DNA of 64,000 nucleotides from positions 2,880,001-2,944,000 of the forward strand of contig OY760074.1 of the NCBI GenBank assembly GCA_963663035.1, written 5' to 3'. Numbering within the stretch: the stretch's first letter is position 1; the number at the start of each line of letters is the position of its first letter. Origin of the DNA: Acidobacteriota bacterium. GTDB taxonomy: Bacteria; Acidobacteriota; UBA6911; RPQK01; JADFOI01. Below are positions 28,946 to 38,823 of this stretch, in pieces. Under the pieces are notes generated by a model that worked only from the letters and a program-made list of their open reading frames with translations, searched no databases and was not told where the DNA came from. The position numbers and the translations under genes were made by a program.

Positions 28946-29039
28946 TCTGGCCTCCCAGGCCCGTTATCACTACTCACTGAATGAACCGGATTAGGCCAGG
29001 ATTGTACTCCAAGATATAATCGGAAAAAAGAGGCAAGAT

Positions 29040-30062
29040 GTGAGAAGGAAAGAAAGGCTCTATCCTCAATCCTCCACTGGCTTGAGCAAACGAACAGGTT
29101 GGGCAAGGACCCTTCTGCTTGCTGTCCTGCTTCTGGCATCTGGGTGTGGACAACAGGAAGTCGGCCAGGAGACCGGGCTGGAGAACTCGCAACAGATGCC
29201 AACCATTCGGATCGCTTATCCAGGAATATCGGCGACCATCTGGCCTTTCATGTACGGCCAGGAAAAAGGGATCTTCGAGGAGGAAGGTCTGTCTGTGGAG
29301 ATGAATAGAATCCGAGGAGTTCCTCAGATCATCGCCACGGTGCTGAGCGGCGATATTGACGTGGCCTGGGTTGGATTTGATGGGATGGCCAGCGCAGTCG
29401 CCCAGGGAGCCACCGACCTGAGATACATTAGCGAGTTCCTGACAGAATTTCCTCTCTACCTGGTGGTGGCACCTCACATCAATAGTTTTGACGATCTGCG
29501 GGGGGCACCGGTCGCCACAGCTGGCCCTGGAAGCATCACGGAGACCCTGTTTTTAGAGGGATTAAGGAGGGGGGGGCTGACAGATCCACGGAAGGACACT
29601 AACTTCATGAACATGAGCGGCCCTGACACTCGTCTCACCCAGTTGCTCAATGGCACCTTCGTGGGGGTCGCTCTCAATGCTCCCTGGGCTCAACAGGCGG
29701 AAGCCCGAGGGTACAGGATCCTGCAATATCAGGGTGATTTTCTCCTTCCCTGGGGGGGAGAGGGTCCTATCACGACCATCCGCGCCATTTCCTCCAAACG
29801 CCAAGCTCTGCAGGGCCTGGTGAACGGCCTGGGAAGGGCCATCCGCGGGCTAAAAGAAAACCGGGATGAAGCCATCAAGGTGGCCACCGAATATATGAAA
29901 CTGGAGCCTGCACTGGCCGAGAAGGTCTACGATGTGATGATGCCCGTCTTTAAGTTTGACGGGGAATTCGGCCTGGAAGGGATCCAGCGAACCTTTGACA
30001 GCAAGTCCGCTCCTGGCGAGAAGATTGAAGCCAGCCAATTCCTGGACGAGTCCTTTCTATAG
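29040..30062 (+). CDS. ABC substrate-binding lipoprotein, SsuA/THI5-like
   Basis: Lipobox ASGC, GIFEEEGLSVE, DLRG; similar to NMT1-type binding proteins. Confidence 0.88.
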   Translation: MRRKERLYPQSSTGLSKRTGWARTLLLAVLLLASGCGQQEVGQETGLENSQQMPTIRIAYPGISATIWPFMYGQEKGIFEEEGLSVEMNRIRGVPQIIATVLSGDIDVAWVGFDGMASAVAQGATDLRYISEFLTEFPLYLVVAPHINSFDDLRGAPVATAGPGSITETLFLEGLRRGGLTDPRKDTNFMNMSGPDTRLTQLLNGTFVGVALNAPWAQQAEARGYRILQYQGDFLLPWGGEGPITTIRAISSKRQALQGLVNGLGRAIRGLKENRDEAIKVATEYMKLEPALAEKVYDVMMPVFKFDGEFGLEGIQRTFDSKSAPGEKIEASQFLDESFL

Positions 30063-31139
30063 CCCTTTGGCTTTGATGGCGGCTTCGAGCTGGCTGACAG
30101 TCGAGCCGTAGAGCTGCTCCAGAGTCTTGACCCGCTTGAAATAAATGTGTGGGTCATACTCCCAGGTGTAGCCGACACCCCCGAATAGCTGGATGGTCTC
30201 ACCGCAAACAAAGCGAGCAGCGTCTCCACAGTAGGCCTTGGCAGAGGCCACCAACAAGGGAGCTTCATCCTGCTTGTTCTCCAGGGCCCACGCTGCTCGG
30301 TACACTGCCGAGCGAGAGCTTTCCGTGCGAATCCACATATCAGCCGCCCGGTGCTGAAGCACCTGAAAGCTTCCAATCGTTCGACCGAAGGCCTTGCGCT
30401 CCTTGATGTAATCCAGGGCCAGTTCCAGGGAACGCTCCATCAAACCCAGCAACAGGGCTGACGCTCCCAGCGCTCCCAGGAGATCGACCTCCTCCAGGAG
30501 CGTGTCCGCCCTTTGCTTATCGGCCAGGAGCGTCCCGCCAGAGTCCAGGGAAATTTCCACGAAGCGCTGGGCATGGTCGAAGACGGGCAGTGAGGTTGCC
30601 TTCCAACCTTCTGGGGGACGAGGGGCCAGAGCAAGACCTTCGGCAGTGGTCACCAGCAGTACATCAGCACTGGCTCCGAAGGGGACAGGGCGCTTCGTCC
30701 CTCGAACGTTTCCCTGGGCAAAACGCGTCTGGGGCGAGGTCACCTCTCCACCATCCACGGCTTCGGGTCGAGCCAGCAGCACAATCTTCCCTCCAGTCAC
30801 CATCTCCTGAAGTAATTGGGAAGCCTCCTGGCCGCCAACACGGTGGAGGGCGGCCTCCACCAGCACCAGATCCAGGAAGGGACCCGGGAAGGCGACGCGC
30901 CCCATCTCGTGCAGAACCACGGCCAAGCCTATGGCACCGGCCGCCGATCCTCCCTCACTCTCGGGAAGGGTGAGTCCCAGGTAACCAAGTTCCGCGAGCT
31001 GGACGTAAAGCGCCCTCGAAAATCCCTCCTGGGTGTCCTCCATCACAGGACGTGCCTTGGTCAGCGGACTTTCTTTTCCCACAAAGTCCCGAATGGAACT
31101 CTTCAAGAGTGCATTGGCGTCGTTTAACTCAAACCGCAT
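30057..31139 (-). CDS. Acyl-CoA dehydrogenase, short beta-type subunit
   Basis: RKAFGRTIGSFQVLQH, IQLFGGVGYTWE. Confidence 0.9.
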   Translation of the reverse strand: MRFELNDANALLKSSIRDFVGKESPLTKARPVMEDTQEGFSRALYVQLAELGYLGLTLPESEGGSAAGAIGLAVVLHEMGRVAFPGPFLDLVLVEAALHRVGGQEASQLLQEMVTGGKIVLLARPEAVDGGEVTSPQTRFAQGNVRGTKRPVPFGASADVLLVTTAEGLALAPRPPEGWKATSLPVFDHAQRFVEISLDSGGTLLADKQRADTLLEEVDLLGALGASALLLGLMERSLELALDYIKERKAFGRTIGSFQVLQHRAADMWIRTESSRSAVYRAAWALENKQDEAPLLVASAKAYCGDAARFVCGETIQLFGGVGYTWEYDPHIYFKRVKTLEQLYGSTVSQLEAAIKAKGL

Positions 31140-31144
31140 AGGCC

Positions 31145-32314
31145 TCAAGACTTGGGGAGTTTCAATATACGCTTGGAAATGATGTTTCGCTGGATCTCGG
31201 AGGAGCCCGCATAGATGGTCACAGCTCGGCAATAGAGGGCCTCATGGGCCCAGTCCATCTCCGCACGCGCATCAGGTGAACCCACCAGAAGATGGGCCTG
31301 AAATCCCAGCAAGTCGAGAGCAGTATCGGCCAGACGCCTGGAGTACTCCGACCAGAAAACTTTCTCCAGGGAGGCTTCCGGCCCCGGTGCCTGGCCCGAG
31401 GCCAGGCTGGCCAGGGTGCGAAAACCGTTGGCGCGCATGACCTCATTTTCGACCAGAAGTCTGGCGATCTTCTCCCGAACATCGGCCCGCTGGATAGTCC
31501 CGTTCTGGCGGACTCCGTTTACCAGGTCCTTGAGGTAGTGGTCGAACCTGGCCGGGTGAGCCAAGGACATGGACCCCCGTTCGTAAGCCAACACCGTCAT
31601 AGCGATAGGCCACCCCTCTCCTATGGCCCCAATAATGTGCTCGCGCTTGGCCAGGGCGCCGTCAAAGAACACTTCACCGAACTCCGACTCTCCCGTCATC
31701 TGCCGAATGGGACGCACTTCGATGCCTTCCTGGTGGAGAGAAACGAGAAAGAAGGTGATGCCGCCGTAGCGGTCCTCCTGATCGGTACGAGCCAGAACGA
31801 AGATCCAATCCGACCAGGGAGCAAAGGTGGTCCACACTTTCTGCCCTTCCAGGCGAAAGTCCTCGCCATCAGGGACGGCCCGCGTCCGCAGCGCGGCCAG
31901 ATCGCTTCCGGCCTCAGGTTCGCTGAAACCCTGGCACCAGACCTCCTCGCCGGAAAGCATTTTGGGAACAAAGCGACGGCGTTGCTCTTCGCTCCCATGG
32001 TGAATAAGGGCCGGGCCCAGCAGATTGATCCCGACACGGGAAGCGATGGGAGGCGCGTGGATGGTCTCGGCGGCGAAGATGGCCTGCTCGACCACCGTGA
32101 GACCCCGGCCCCCCCATTGCTTGGGCCAGTGGATACCCAGGTAGCCGGCCTCATTGAGCTTGCCCTGCCAGCTGCGGCGAATATCGAAAAGCTTCTTTTC
32201 GTCATTGTTCGGATCACGAAGCTCTTCTATCCAGGGACGTTCCAGATTGTCCTGGAGCCAATCGCGCAACTGGGCCCGAAACTGCCGCTGCTCTTCACTG
32301 AAGTGGAGATCCAC
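31145..32314 (-). CDS. Acyl-CoA dehydrogenase, alpha-type subunit
   Basis: WCQGFSEPEAGSDLA, GQKVWT, LAYER, IYAGSSEIQR. Confidence 0.93.
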   Translation of the reverse strand: MDLHFSEEQRQFRAQLRDWLQDNLERPWIEELRDPNNDEKKLFDIRRSWQGKLNEAGYLGIHWPKQWGGRGLTVVEQAIFAAETIHAPPIASRVGINLLGPALIHHGSEEQRRRFVPKMLSGEEVWCQGFSEPEAGSDLAALRTRAVPDGEDFRLEGQKVWTTFAPWSDWIFVLARTDQEDRYGGITFFLVSLHQEGIEVRPIRQMTGESEFGEVFFDGALAKREHIIGAIGEGWPIAMTVLAYERGSMSLAHPARFDHYLKDLVNGVRQNGTIQRADVREKIARLLVENEVMRANGFRTLASLASGQAPGPEASLEKVFWSEYSRRLADTALDLLGFQAHLLVGSPDARAEMDWAHEALYCRAVTIYAGSSEIQRNIISKRILKLPKS

Positions 32315-32443
32315 GAATTGACTCCTTCAAAGAAGCATACCAATTATTCACAGCTCCGGGACTCCGTCAAGCGCATATTCCCAAGCGCCCGTTATGGTGG
32401 CTCTTTCTTGACTTTCTGTGAGTCGGCATGCAAGATGACGCCC

Positions 32444-33892
32444 ATGTTGAACTGCCAGAATTATATTGGGGGTAAGTGGATACCATCCTCCAACGGCGAA
32501 ACCATAGAGTCTACCAATCCTGCCACGGGAGACCTGGTCTGCACCGCTCCCAACGCCAGCCTGGATGAGGTCAAGGAGGCCATCAGTACAGCCCGCAGGG
32601 CCTTCGAAAGTTCGACTTGGTCCGAAGACTCTAACATGAGAGCAAGAGTCTTATATCGCTGGGCTCAGGAGATGAGAAACCGAATGGATGAGCTTGCCCG
32701 GCTGTTGACTGATGAGAATGGCAAGACCCTGGCAGACGCAAAGGGGGAATTGGAGAGAGGCATAGGAATCCTCGAGTATTATGCTGGCCTGGCCCAAAAT
32801 GTCTTCGGAAAAACTTCTATTTCCTCACCCAATTATTACAGCTTTGTTATGAGAGAACCGATGGGGGTTGTTGGAGCCATTGTTCCCTGGAACTTTCCTG
32901 CTGTGTTGATGCTCAGGGCCGTTTCCCCGGCCCTGGCAGCCGGCAATGCGGTGATCGCGAAACCCGCCAGCTATACTCCAGGTATCAACTACGCCATGAT
33001 CAAAATCTTCTCGGAGATAGAGGAGGTTCCTGATGGGATCTTGAGTTTCGTCTCAGGCACCGGATCCATCGTGGGAGCCGAACTCGCCAGAAGCCGAGAC
33101 GTGGATATGATCGCTCTCACGGGATCCTCCGAGACAGGAAAGCGGGTGATGCAAGCGGCCTCCGAAACCCTGAAGAAGGTCTCTCTGGAATTAGGAGGAA
33201 AGTCTCCCAATATTGTACTAGACGATGCCAACTTCGATAAAGCAATCCGGTATGCCTTGAAAGGTGCCTGGATGTCCTTCGGCTGCCAGGTTTGCTATGC
33301 CGGCACCCGGATCTTGCTGGACAATGCCATTCATGACAGGTTCGTTGAAGCCCTCAAAGAACAGGCTGAAAGTATGAAGCTGGGATATGGGGCTAACCAG
33401 GGAGTGGATATTGGACCGGTCATCTCCCAGGACCAGGTGGACATCATCATGGACTACATCGACATCGGCAACCAGGATGCCAAACTGGTGACGGGGGGCT
33501 TCAGGGCCGACAGCGGTGACCTGGCCAAAGGTTTCTTTGTTGCTCCCACGGTCTTTGACGATGTCCCTGTCGAATCCAGACTGAGTCAGGAGGAGGTCTT
33601 TGGGCCGGTTCTGTCGGTCTTTCGCTTTGACGATGTAGAGGAAGCTGCAGAAATTGCCAACAACTCACAGTTTGGCCTGGCCGCAGCCGTTTGGACCCAG
33701 GACATCAACAAGGCCTTGCGATTGGCTCGAACGCTCAGGGCGGGAACGGTTTGGGTCAACACCTACGGCAGGCTCCCCTACCAGGCGGAGATGGGGGGAC
33801 AAAAAGAAAGCGGCATCGGCATCCAATATGGGGAAGAAGGACTGAACGAGTTTACCCAACTGAAACACATCGGGATAGATATCGGAGACTGA
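32444..33892 (+). CDS. Aldehyde dehydrogenase (candidate aromatic aldehyde dehydrogenase)
   Basis: PWNFP, TGS, LELGGK, CQVC, EEVFGP. Confidence 0.93.
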   Translation: MLNCQNYIGGKWIPSSNGETIESTNPATGDLVCTAPNASLDEVKEAISTARRAFESSTWSEDSNMRARVLYRWAQEMRNRMDELARLLTDENGKTLADAKGELERGIGILEYYAGLAQNVFGKTSISSPNYYSFVMREPMGVVGAIVPWNFPAVLMLRAVSPALAAGNAVIAKPASYTPGINYAMIKIFSEIEEVPDGILSFVSGTGSIVGAELARSRDVDMIALTGSSETGKRVMQAASETLKKVSLELGGKSPNIVLDDANFDKAIRYALKGAWMSFGCQVCYAGTRILLDNAIHDRFVEALKEQAESMKLGYGANQGVDIGPVISQDQVDIIMDYIDIGNQDAKLVTGGFRADSGDLAKGFFVAPTVFDDVPVESRLSQEEVFGPVLSVFRFDDVEEAAEIANNSQFGLAAAVWTQDINKALRLARTLRAGTVWVNTYGRLPYQAEMGGQKESGIGIQYGEEGLNEFTQLKHIGIDIGD

Positions 33893-33930
33893 TCCCACCG
33901 CATTTGCCGGCTCTGGGGAGGGAAAATCCA

Positions 33931-34761
33931 ATGACAGCTCGAGAGTATCAAACCGTGAAGGTTGAGCGTGAGGAGGGAGTGGCCTGGATGATCCTCAACC
34001 GACCGGAGAAGCGCAATGCCATGAATCCTCAGATGCATTATGAGATGGAGGAGGTGCTCAACGAGCTGTCCCTGGACCCTGAGATTCAGGTGCTGGTCCT
34101 CACGGGAGAAGGTGAGGCGTTTTGTGCCGGCATGGACCTCAAGGAGTACTTCCGAGACCTTGATAACGACCCCGCCGAACAGATCAAAGTTCGGTGGGCC
34201 ATGCGCAATTGGCAATATTTCAGGCTTCGCATGTGTCCCAAGCCCACCATAGCGGCAGTGAATGGATGGTGCTTTGGAGGAGCATTCACTCCCTTGATTT
34301 CATGTGACCTGGCCATCGCCGCCGATGAAGCGGTCTTCGGCCTGTCCGAAGTCAATTGGGGAATCCTGCCGGGAGGATTCGTCACCCGTGATGTGGCCAT
34401 GGTGATGAGCTACCGGGATGCCCTCTATTACATCATTACGGGCAAGACCTTTGATGGGAAAAAAGCGGCCGAGCTGCGGCTGGTGAATGAATCCGTGCCG
34501 CGATCTGAGCTGCGCTCTCGGGTCATGGCCCTGGCCCAGGATCTCAAGAAGATGAATCCTCACACGCTGCGCTATGCCAAAGATGCCTTCAAGATGTCCC
34601 GAGACATGGACTTTGAGCAGGCTTACGACTACCTGGCTGCCAAAAACGATCAGCTTCAGTTTCGGGATCCTGAGAAGGCACGGGACAAGGGCATCGAACA
34701 GTTTATCGACGACAAGACTTACAGACCCGGACTCAGTCCTTTGAAACGCTCCAAGGGCTAA
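33931..34761 (+). CDS. ech: p-Hydroxycinnamoyl-CoA hydratase/lyase (HCHL; Ech/FerB)
   Basis: RPEKRNAM, AGMDLKEYFR, GWCFGG, SEVNWG, DYL, FIDDKTYRPG. Confidence 0.9.
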   Translation: MTAREYQTVKVEREEGVAWMILNRPEKRNAMNPQMHYEMEEVLNELSLDPEIQVLVLTGEGEAFCAGMDLKEYFRDLDNDPAEQIKVRWAMRNWQYFRLRMCPKPTIAAVNGWCFGGAFTPLISCDLAIAADEAVFGLSEVNWGILPGGFVTRDVAMVMSYRDALYYIITGKTFDGKKAAELRLVNESVPRSELRSRVMALAQDLKKMNPHTLRYAKDAFKMSRDMDFEQAYDYLAAKNDQLQFRDPEKARDKGIEQFIDDKTYRPGLSPLKRSKG

Positions 34762-36878
34762 TGCGTGATCTCCGACCACTGCTGGCGCCAACCAGCGTAG
34801 CCATTGTGGGCGCCTCGAGTCGCCTCAATTCCGTGGCAGCCCGGCCCCTGAACAACCTCCAGGAAATGGAGTATGGGGGAGCCATCTATCCGATTAATCC
34901 CCACAGCAGTGAAATTGCCGGTATCCCTTGTTACCCCAATCTGGAAGAGCTGCCTGAGGTGCCCGAACTCGCTTTGCTGGTGTTACCGGCCAAGCACGTC
35001 ATGGCGACTCTGGAAAGTTGTGCCAGCCGCCAGGTTCGAGCGGCCATTGTGATCAGTGCAGGGTTTGCCGAGAGGGACCCGGAGGGGGCTCAAGCTCAAG
35101 CCAGGATGGGGGAGCTGGCCCGGGAAAGCGGAATGGTGATTTGTGGACCAAACAGCTTGGGTGTCCTGAATTTTGTGGATCGGATTCCCTTGACCTTTGG
35201 TTCAGTCGTCGACATGAAACACTTTCCAGGTGGCCGCGTGGGCCTGGTCTCGCAGAGCGGAGGAGTTCTGGTGGGACTGGCCAACCGGGCCTTTGATGCC
35301 GGCGTCAACATCAGCTACGCCGTGGCTACCGGAAACGAAGCGGATCTCGAGCTAAGCGAGACCGTTGAGTATCTCGCAGAAAATCCAGGCACGGACGTGG
35401 TGGTGGCCATCGTGGAAGCCATTCGCGACGGTCCCCGTTTCCTCTCCCTGTGCGATCGCCTGCTGGAACTGGGAAAGCCCTTGATTGTCTACAAGGTTGG
35501 CCGCTCGGAAGTGGGCAAAGCCGCTGCCCGTTCTCACACGGGAGCCCTGGCAGGCTCCTACCCGGTGCTGCAAGCGGTCCTTCACCAGCGGGGAGTCATA
35601 GAAGCCGAGGAGATCGACGATTTGTTCGCGCTGGCTGGGGCTTGTGCCGGCGGACGTTTTCCCACGGTTCCGGGTCTGGGGGTGATTACCGAATCAGGTG
35701 GGGCGGGTGCCATGGCAGCTGACAAGGCCGATGAGCTGGGTCTCACGGTAGCCACCATCGGCGAGGAGACAGGACAGCGACTGAAAGAGTTCGTTCCCAA
35801 GTTCGCCAGTAGTCAAGTCACAAATCCATTCGATGTGACCTCGGTGATTGCCGAAAACCCGGCCTCGGTGGGAAACATGGCCGAGGCCTTCTTCGAGGAC
35901 CCGGCAGTGGGCGGCTTACTGGTGATCACGGCTGGCAGCGGTGAGCCGGGGAAGGCACGCATGCAGGCCTTGCTTGATCACGCTGACACCTCCCAAAAAC
36001 CGGTCTTCGGGGTAATCCTGGCTGGCTCAAGTGCCACACCCTCCTACCAACTCCTGAGGTCGGGCAATATACCGGCCTTCCACTCTCCAGGTAAGGCAGT
36101 GGCTTCCATGGCCGCGCTGTGGCATTTCACCGAAGCGCGGAAACGGCACAAGGCACGTTCCAGAGCCGCCAAAGAACCGGTGGCTTCTGCTACCCCTTTC
36201 AAGGATGCATTGGCGGGACTCGGAAGAGCACCAACGGAGTTCGATGCCAAATGCTTCCTCAAGCAGTGTGGTCTACTGGTGGTTGAAGAGCTGCTGGCCA
36301 GCTCAGTGAGCAAAGCGATTGAGCATGCAGAGACTCTTGGATACCCGGTTGCACTCAAGATTCAATCCCCGCAGATTGCCCATAAGACCGAGGTGGGTGG
36401 GATTCGCCTGAATCTGAATGACCGACAGGCCGTAGAGACAGCTTACCAGGAGATTTTGGAGCGGGCACAAGACACCAAGCCCACAGCTGACATCGTTGGA
36501 ATGCTAGTCTCCCAAATGGTTCCGACACCGCTGGAGCTTGTTGCCGGAATGCACGTGGACCCGACCTTTGGTCCACTTATTCTTTTTGGTCTGGGCGGTA
36601 TTTGGGTCGAGGTCTTTGATGAAGCTTCCATGTGTCCGGCGCCGCTCACACCGGAAGACACCCTGGAGATGGTGACTCAGCTGCGCGGTGCCTCTCTCTT
36701 GCAGGGAGCCCGAAATATGCCACCAGTCAGACCAGAGGAAATCCAGTCACTTCTTTTGACACTTTCAGGAATCGCCATGGCGGCTCAGGGTCTCCTGGGG
36801 GGAATTGATATCAATCCCCTGGTCCCCACCTCAGATGGCCGTCTGATGATACTGGATGCCAGCCTCTACCTTATCTGA
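34761..36878 (+). CDS. ADP-forming acyl-CoA synthetase (candidate feruloyl-CoA synthetase, FerA type)
   Basis: GPNSLG, SQSG, GNEAD, SHTGALAG, HKTEVGG, DPTFGP; TAATG overlap with ech. Confidence 0.88.
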   Translation: MRDLRPLLAPTSVAIVGASSRLNSVAARPLNNLQEMEYGGAIYPINPHSSEIAGIPCYPNLEELPEVPELALLVLPAKHVMATLESCASRQVRAAIVISAGFAERDPEGAQAQARMGELARESGMVICGPNSLGVLNFVDRIPLTFGSVVDMKHFPGGRVGLVSQSGGVLVGLANRAFDAGVNISYAVATGNEADLELSETVEYLAENPGTDVVVAIVEAIRDGPRFLSLCDRLLELGKPLIVYKVGRSEVGKAAARSHTGALAGSYPVLQAVLHQRGVIEAEEIDDLFALAGACAGGRFPTVPGLGVITESGGAGAMAADKADELGLTVATIGEETGQRLKEFVPKFASSQVTNPFDVTSVIAENPASVGNMAEAFFEDPAVGGLLVITAGSGEPGKARMQALLDHADTSQKPVFGVILAGSSATPSYQLLRSGNIPAFHSPGKAVASMAALWHFTEARKRHKARSRAAKEPVASATPFKDALAGLGRAPTEFDAKCFLKQCGLLVVEELLASSVSKAIEHAETLGYPVALKIQSPQIAHKTEVGGIRLNLNDRQAVETAYQEILERAQDTKPTADIVGMLVSQMVPTPLELVAGMHVDPTFGPLILFGLGGIWVEVFDEASMCPAPLTPEDTLEMVTQLRGASLLQGARNMPPVRPEEIQSLLLTLSGIAMAAQGLLGGIDINPLVPTSDGRLMILDASLYLI

Positions 36879-36885
36879 CACTCTA

Positions 36886-37064
36886 AGCCCGCATTATGCA
36901 TAGGTTTTCGTAGCGAAGTGGCGCAGGTGCCGCGATGACAAGGCGTGTGACGAAGCGCCCCGCAGGCGTACTCTTGCAGTACGCCGAGGAGCGCAAGGAA
37001 ACACAACGCAGTCAGCGCGGATGATTGCGACGCTGTAGTAGAAAATCTATGCATGATGCGGGCT
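36886..37064 (-). repeat. Palindromic dispersed element, diverged type 1
   Basis: Ends AGCCCGCATTATGCATAG / CTATGCATGATGCGGGCT; shared internal blocks in reverse orientation. Confidence 0.88.
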
Positions 37065-37143
37065 AGTCGTATATGCTCTGGGGACCGCCTGCTCGTGGGC
37101 AGATGGATAACAAGCACAATTGCTCAAAAAAACAGGAGGATTG

Positions 37144-38811
37144 ATGATGAACCCGATACGGTTCTCAATAACCTTGTTCCTTGCATTCTCAGCACTGCCT
37201 CTGGCTGCTTGCAGCGGAGTCATGGGGGATCAGGCCTTCTCGGAAGAAGAGTTGGCCTGTCTGGCACTCACCGGTGTCCGCAATCTCACCATTACCTCAG
37301 CCCGGTTGGTCCCGGCCGCCGATGAGACGCCCCAATATTGCTACGTCAAAGGAGTGATCGCACCGGCCATAAGCTATCATGTCCAGCTTCCCTTGCCGGA
37401 AAACTGGAACGGCCGATTCCTCAAGTGGGGAGATGGCGGCAAGGACGGGGACCTGGATTTCGCGAATCACCGGGTGGCCGAAGGATACGCGGTTGCCAAC
37501 AGCAACATGGGGCACGACAGTGGAGCGGAACCAGGCTCAGCCTTTGGCTATGACAACCGGCAGGCGGAGATCGACTTTGGCTACCGGGCCGTGCATCTCA
37601 CCGCCAACGCGGCCAAGACGATGATCCGGCAGTATTACGATCAGGCTCCCGAATATTCCTATTTCGAGGGTTGCTCGACAGGTGGCAGGGAAGGTCTGAT
37701 GGAAGCACAACGCTATCCCTACGACTTTGACGGGATTGTGGCTGGTGCTCCCGTGATTCACTATCAGACAACGAATGTGAGCCATGCCTGGATGCTGCAA
37801 AAGGTCTTCCAGAACGACTTCGCGGATAACCTGGCCTTTGACACCGACGGAGATGGCTCCTTCGACAGTTTGAAAAAAGTGAAGATGCTGGAGGACGCGG
37901 TACTGGCCAAATGCGATGCCAATGATGGGATCACCGACGGAATCATTGATAATCCCCTCGCCTGCGAATTCGCCCCAGACTTGGATCTGGCTGAGATGAT
38001 GTGCAGTGGGAATGTGAATGCCGACGATTGTTTCACCACCGGTCAGCTGCAAAATATAAAAGATTTCTACGCGGGCCCTTACGACAGCAAGGGAGTTTCC
38101 ATCTTAAAAGGGAAAGCCTTTGGCTCGGAATGGGCCTGGCCCAATAGCAACATACCCCATGAAGGAAACTCCCTGTTCCCAGGCAATTTAGGGTATGTGA
38201 GAAACCACTTCAACGCTATCTTTTACGAGGAGGATCCAGGTGTGGCCCCGCCGGATATCACTGACCTCTCCTACCAGCTGGATAAGAGAGCCATACCACC
38301 GGAATGGGCCTGGTGGGAATTTAATGTTGACGATGTCACGGCAGGTCGAGGCGACTTGATGATGTCAATCATCGATGCGACGGATCCGGACTTGACCCGA
38401 TTCCTCATCCAAAACGAAGGAAAGATCATCCTCTACCACGGCTGGGCTGATTTTTCTCCTCCTCCTGAACCCAGCGTGGATTACTACAATGCAATGGTGG
38501 ACGCCACTTTCGGGGGTGATCTAGAGGAGGCCAGAAATCAAGCCAGATTGTTCATGGTGCCCGGGATGGGTCACTGCCGGGGTGGGCCCGGACCCAACAC
38601 CTGGGACAAACTACCAGCGCTGGTGGATTGGGTTGAGAACGGAAATGCACCGGACTCCCTCATCGCCACCCACAGCACGGATGGAGTGGTCGATAACGAA
38701 CGGCCCCTTTGCCCCTATCCGGAACAAGCCGTTTACAGCGGCCCTTCCGGCGGCGAAAACGACGCCGCTAACTGGGTGGCCAGCAACTTCATATGCCAGG
38801 AAGTGAGATAA
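37144..38811 (+). CDS. Tannase/feruloyl esterase family lipoprotein
   Basis: Lipobox LAAC, WNGRF, GCSTGG, HGWAD, PGMGHC, RPLCPYP. Confidence 0.93.
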   Translation: MMNPIRFSITLFLAFSALPLAACSGVMGDQAFSEEELACLALTGVRNLTITSARLVPAADETPQYCYVKGVIAPAISYHVQLPLPENWNGRFLKWGDGGKDGDLDFANHRVAEGYAVANSNMGHDSGAEPGSAFGYDNRQAEIDFGYRAVHLTANAAKTMIRQYYDQAPEYSYFEGCSTGGREGLMEAQRYPYDFDGIVAGAPVIHYQTTNVSHAWMLQKVFQNDFADNLAFDTDGDGSFDSLKKVKMLEDAVLAKCDANDGITDGIIDNPLACEFAPDLDLAEMMCSGNVNADDCFTTGQLQNIKDFYAGPYDSKGVSILKGKAFGSEWAWPNSNIPHEGNSLFPGNLGYVRNHFNAIFYEEDPGVAPPDITDLSYQLDKRAIPPEWAWWEFNVDDVTAGRGDLMMSIIDATDPDLTRFLIQNEGKIILYHGWADFSPPPEPSVDYYNAMVDATFGGDLEEARNQARLFMVPGMGHCRGGPGPNTWDKLPALVDWVENGNAPDSLIATHSTDGVVDNERPLCPYPEQAVYSGPSGGENDAANWVASNFICQEVR

Positions 38812-38823
38812 GAACCATCAGAC

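Noticed and set aside
31292-33892. 866-aa ORF suggesting a large ALDH fusion
   Set aside because: The first 384 codons are mostly the antisense shadow of the ACAD gene; the ALDH starts at about 32444
33691-33930. N-terminal extension of HCHL
   Set aside because: Overlaps ALDH in another frame; RBS and family start point to ATG 33931
36866-37117. Small ORFs within repeat copies (also 48532-48897, 59190-59630, 59282-59590)
   Set aside because: They are translations of the palindromic element with no consistent start or stop between copies
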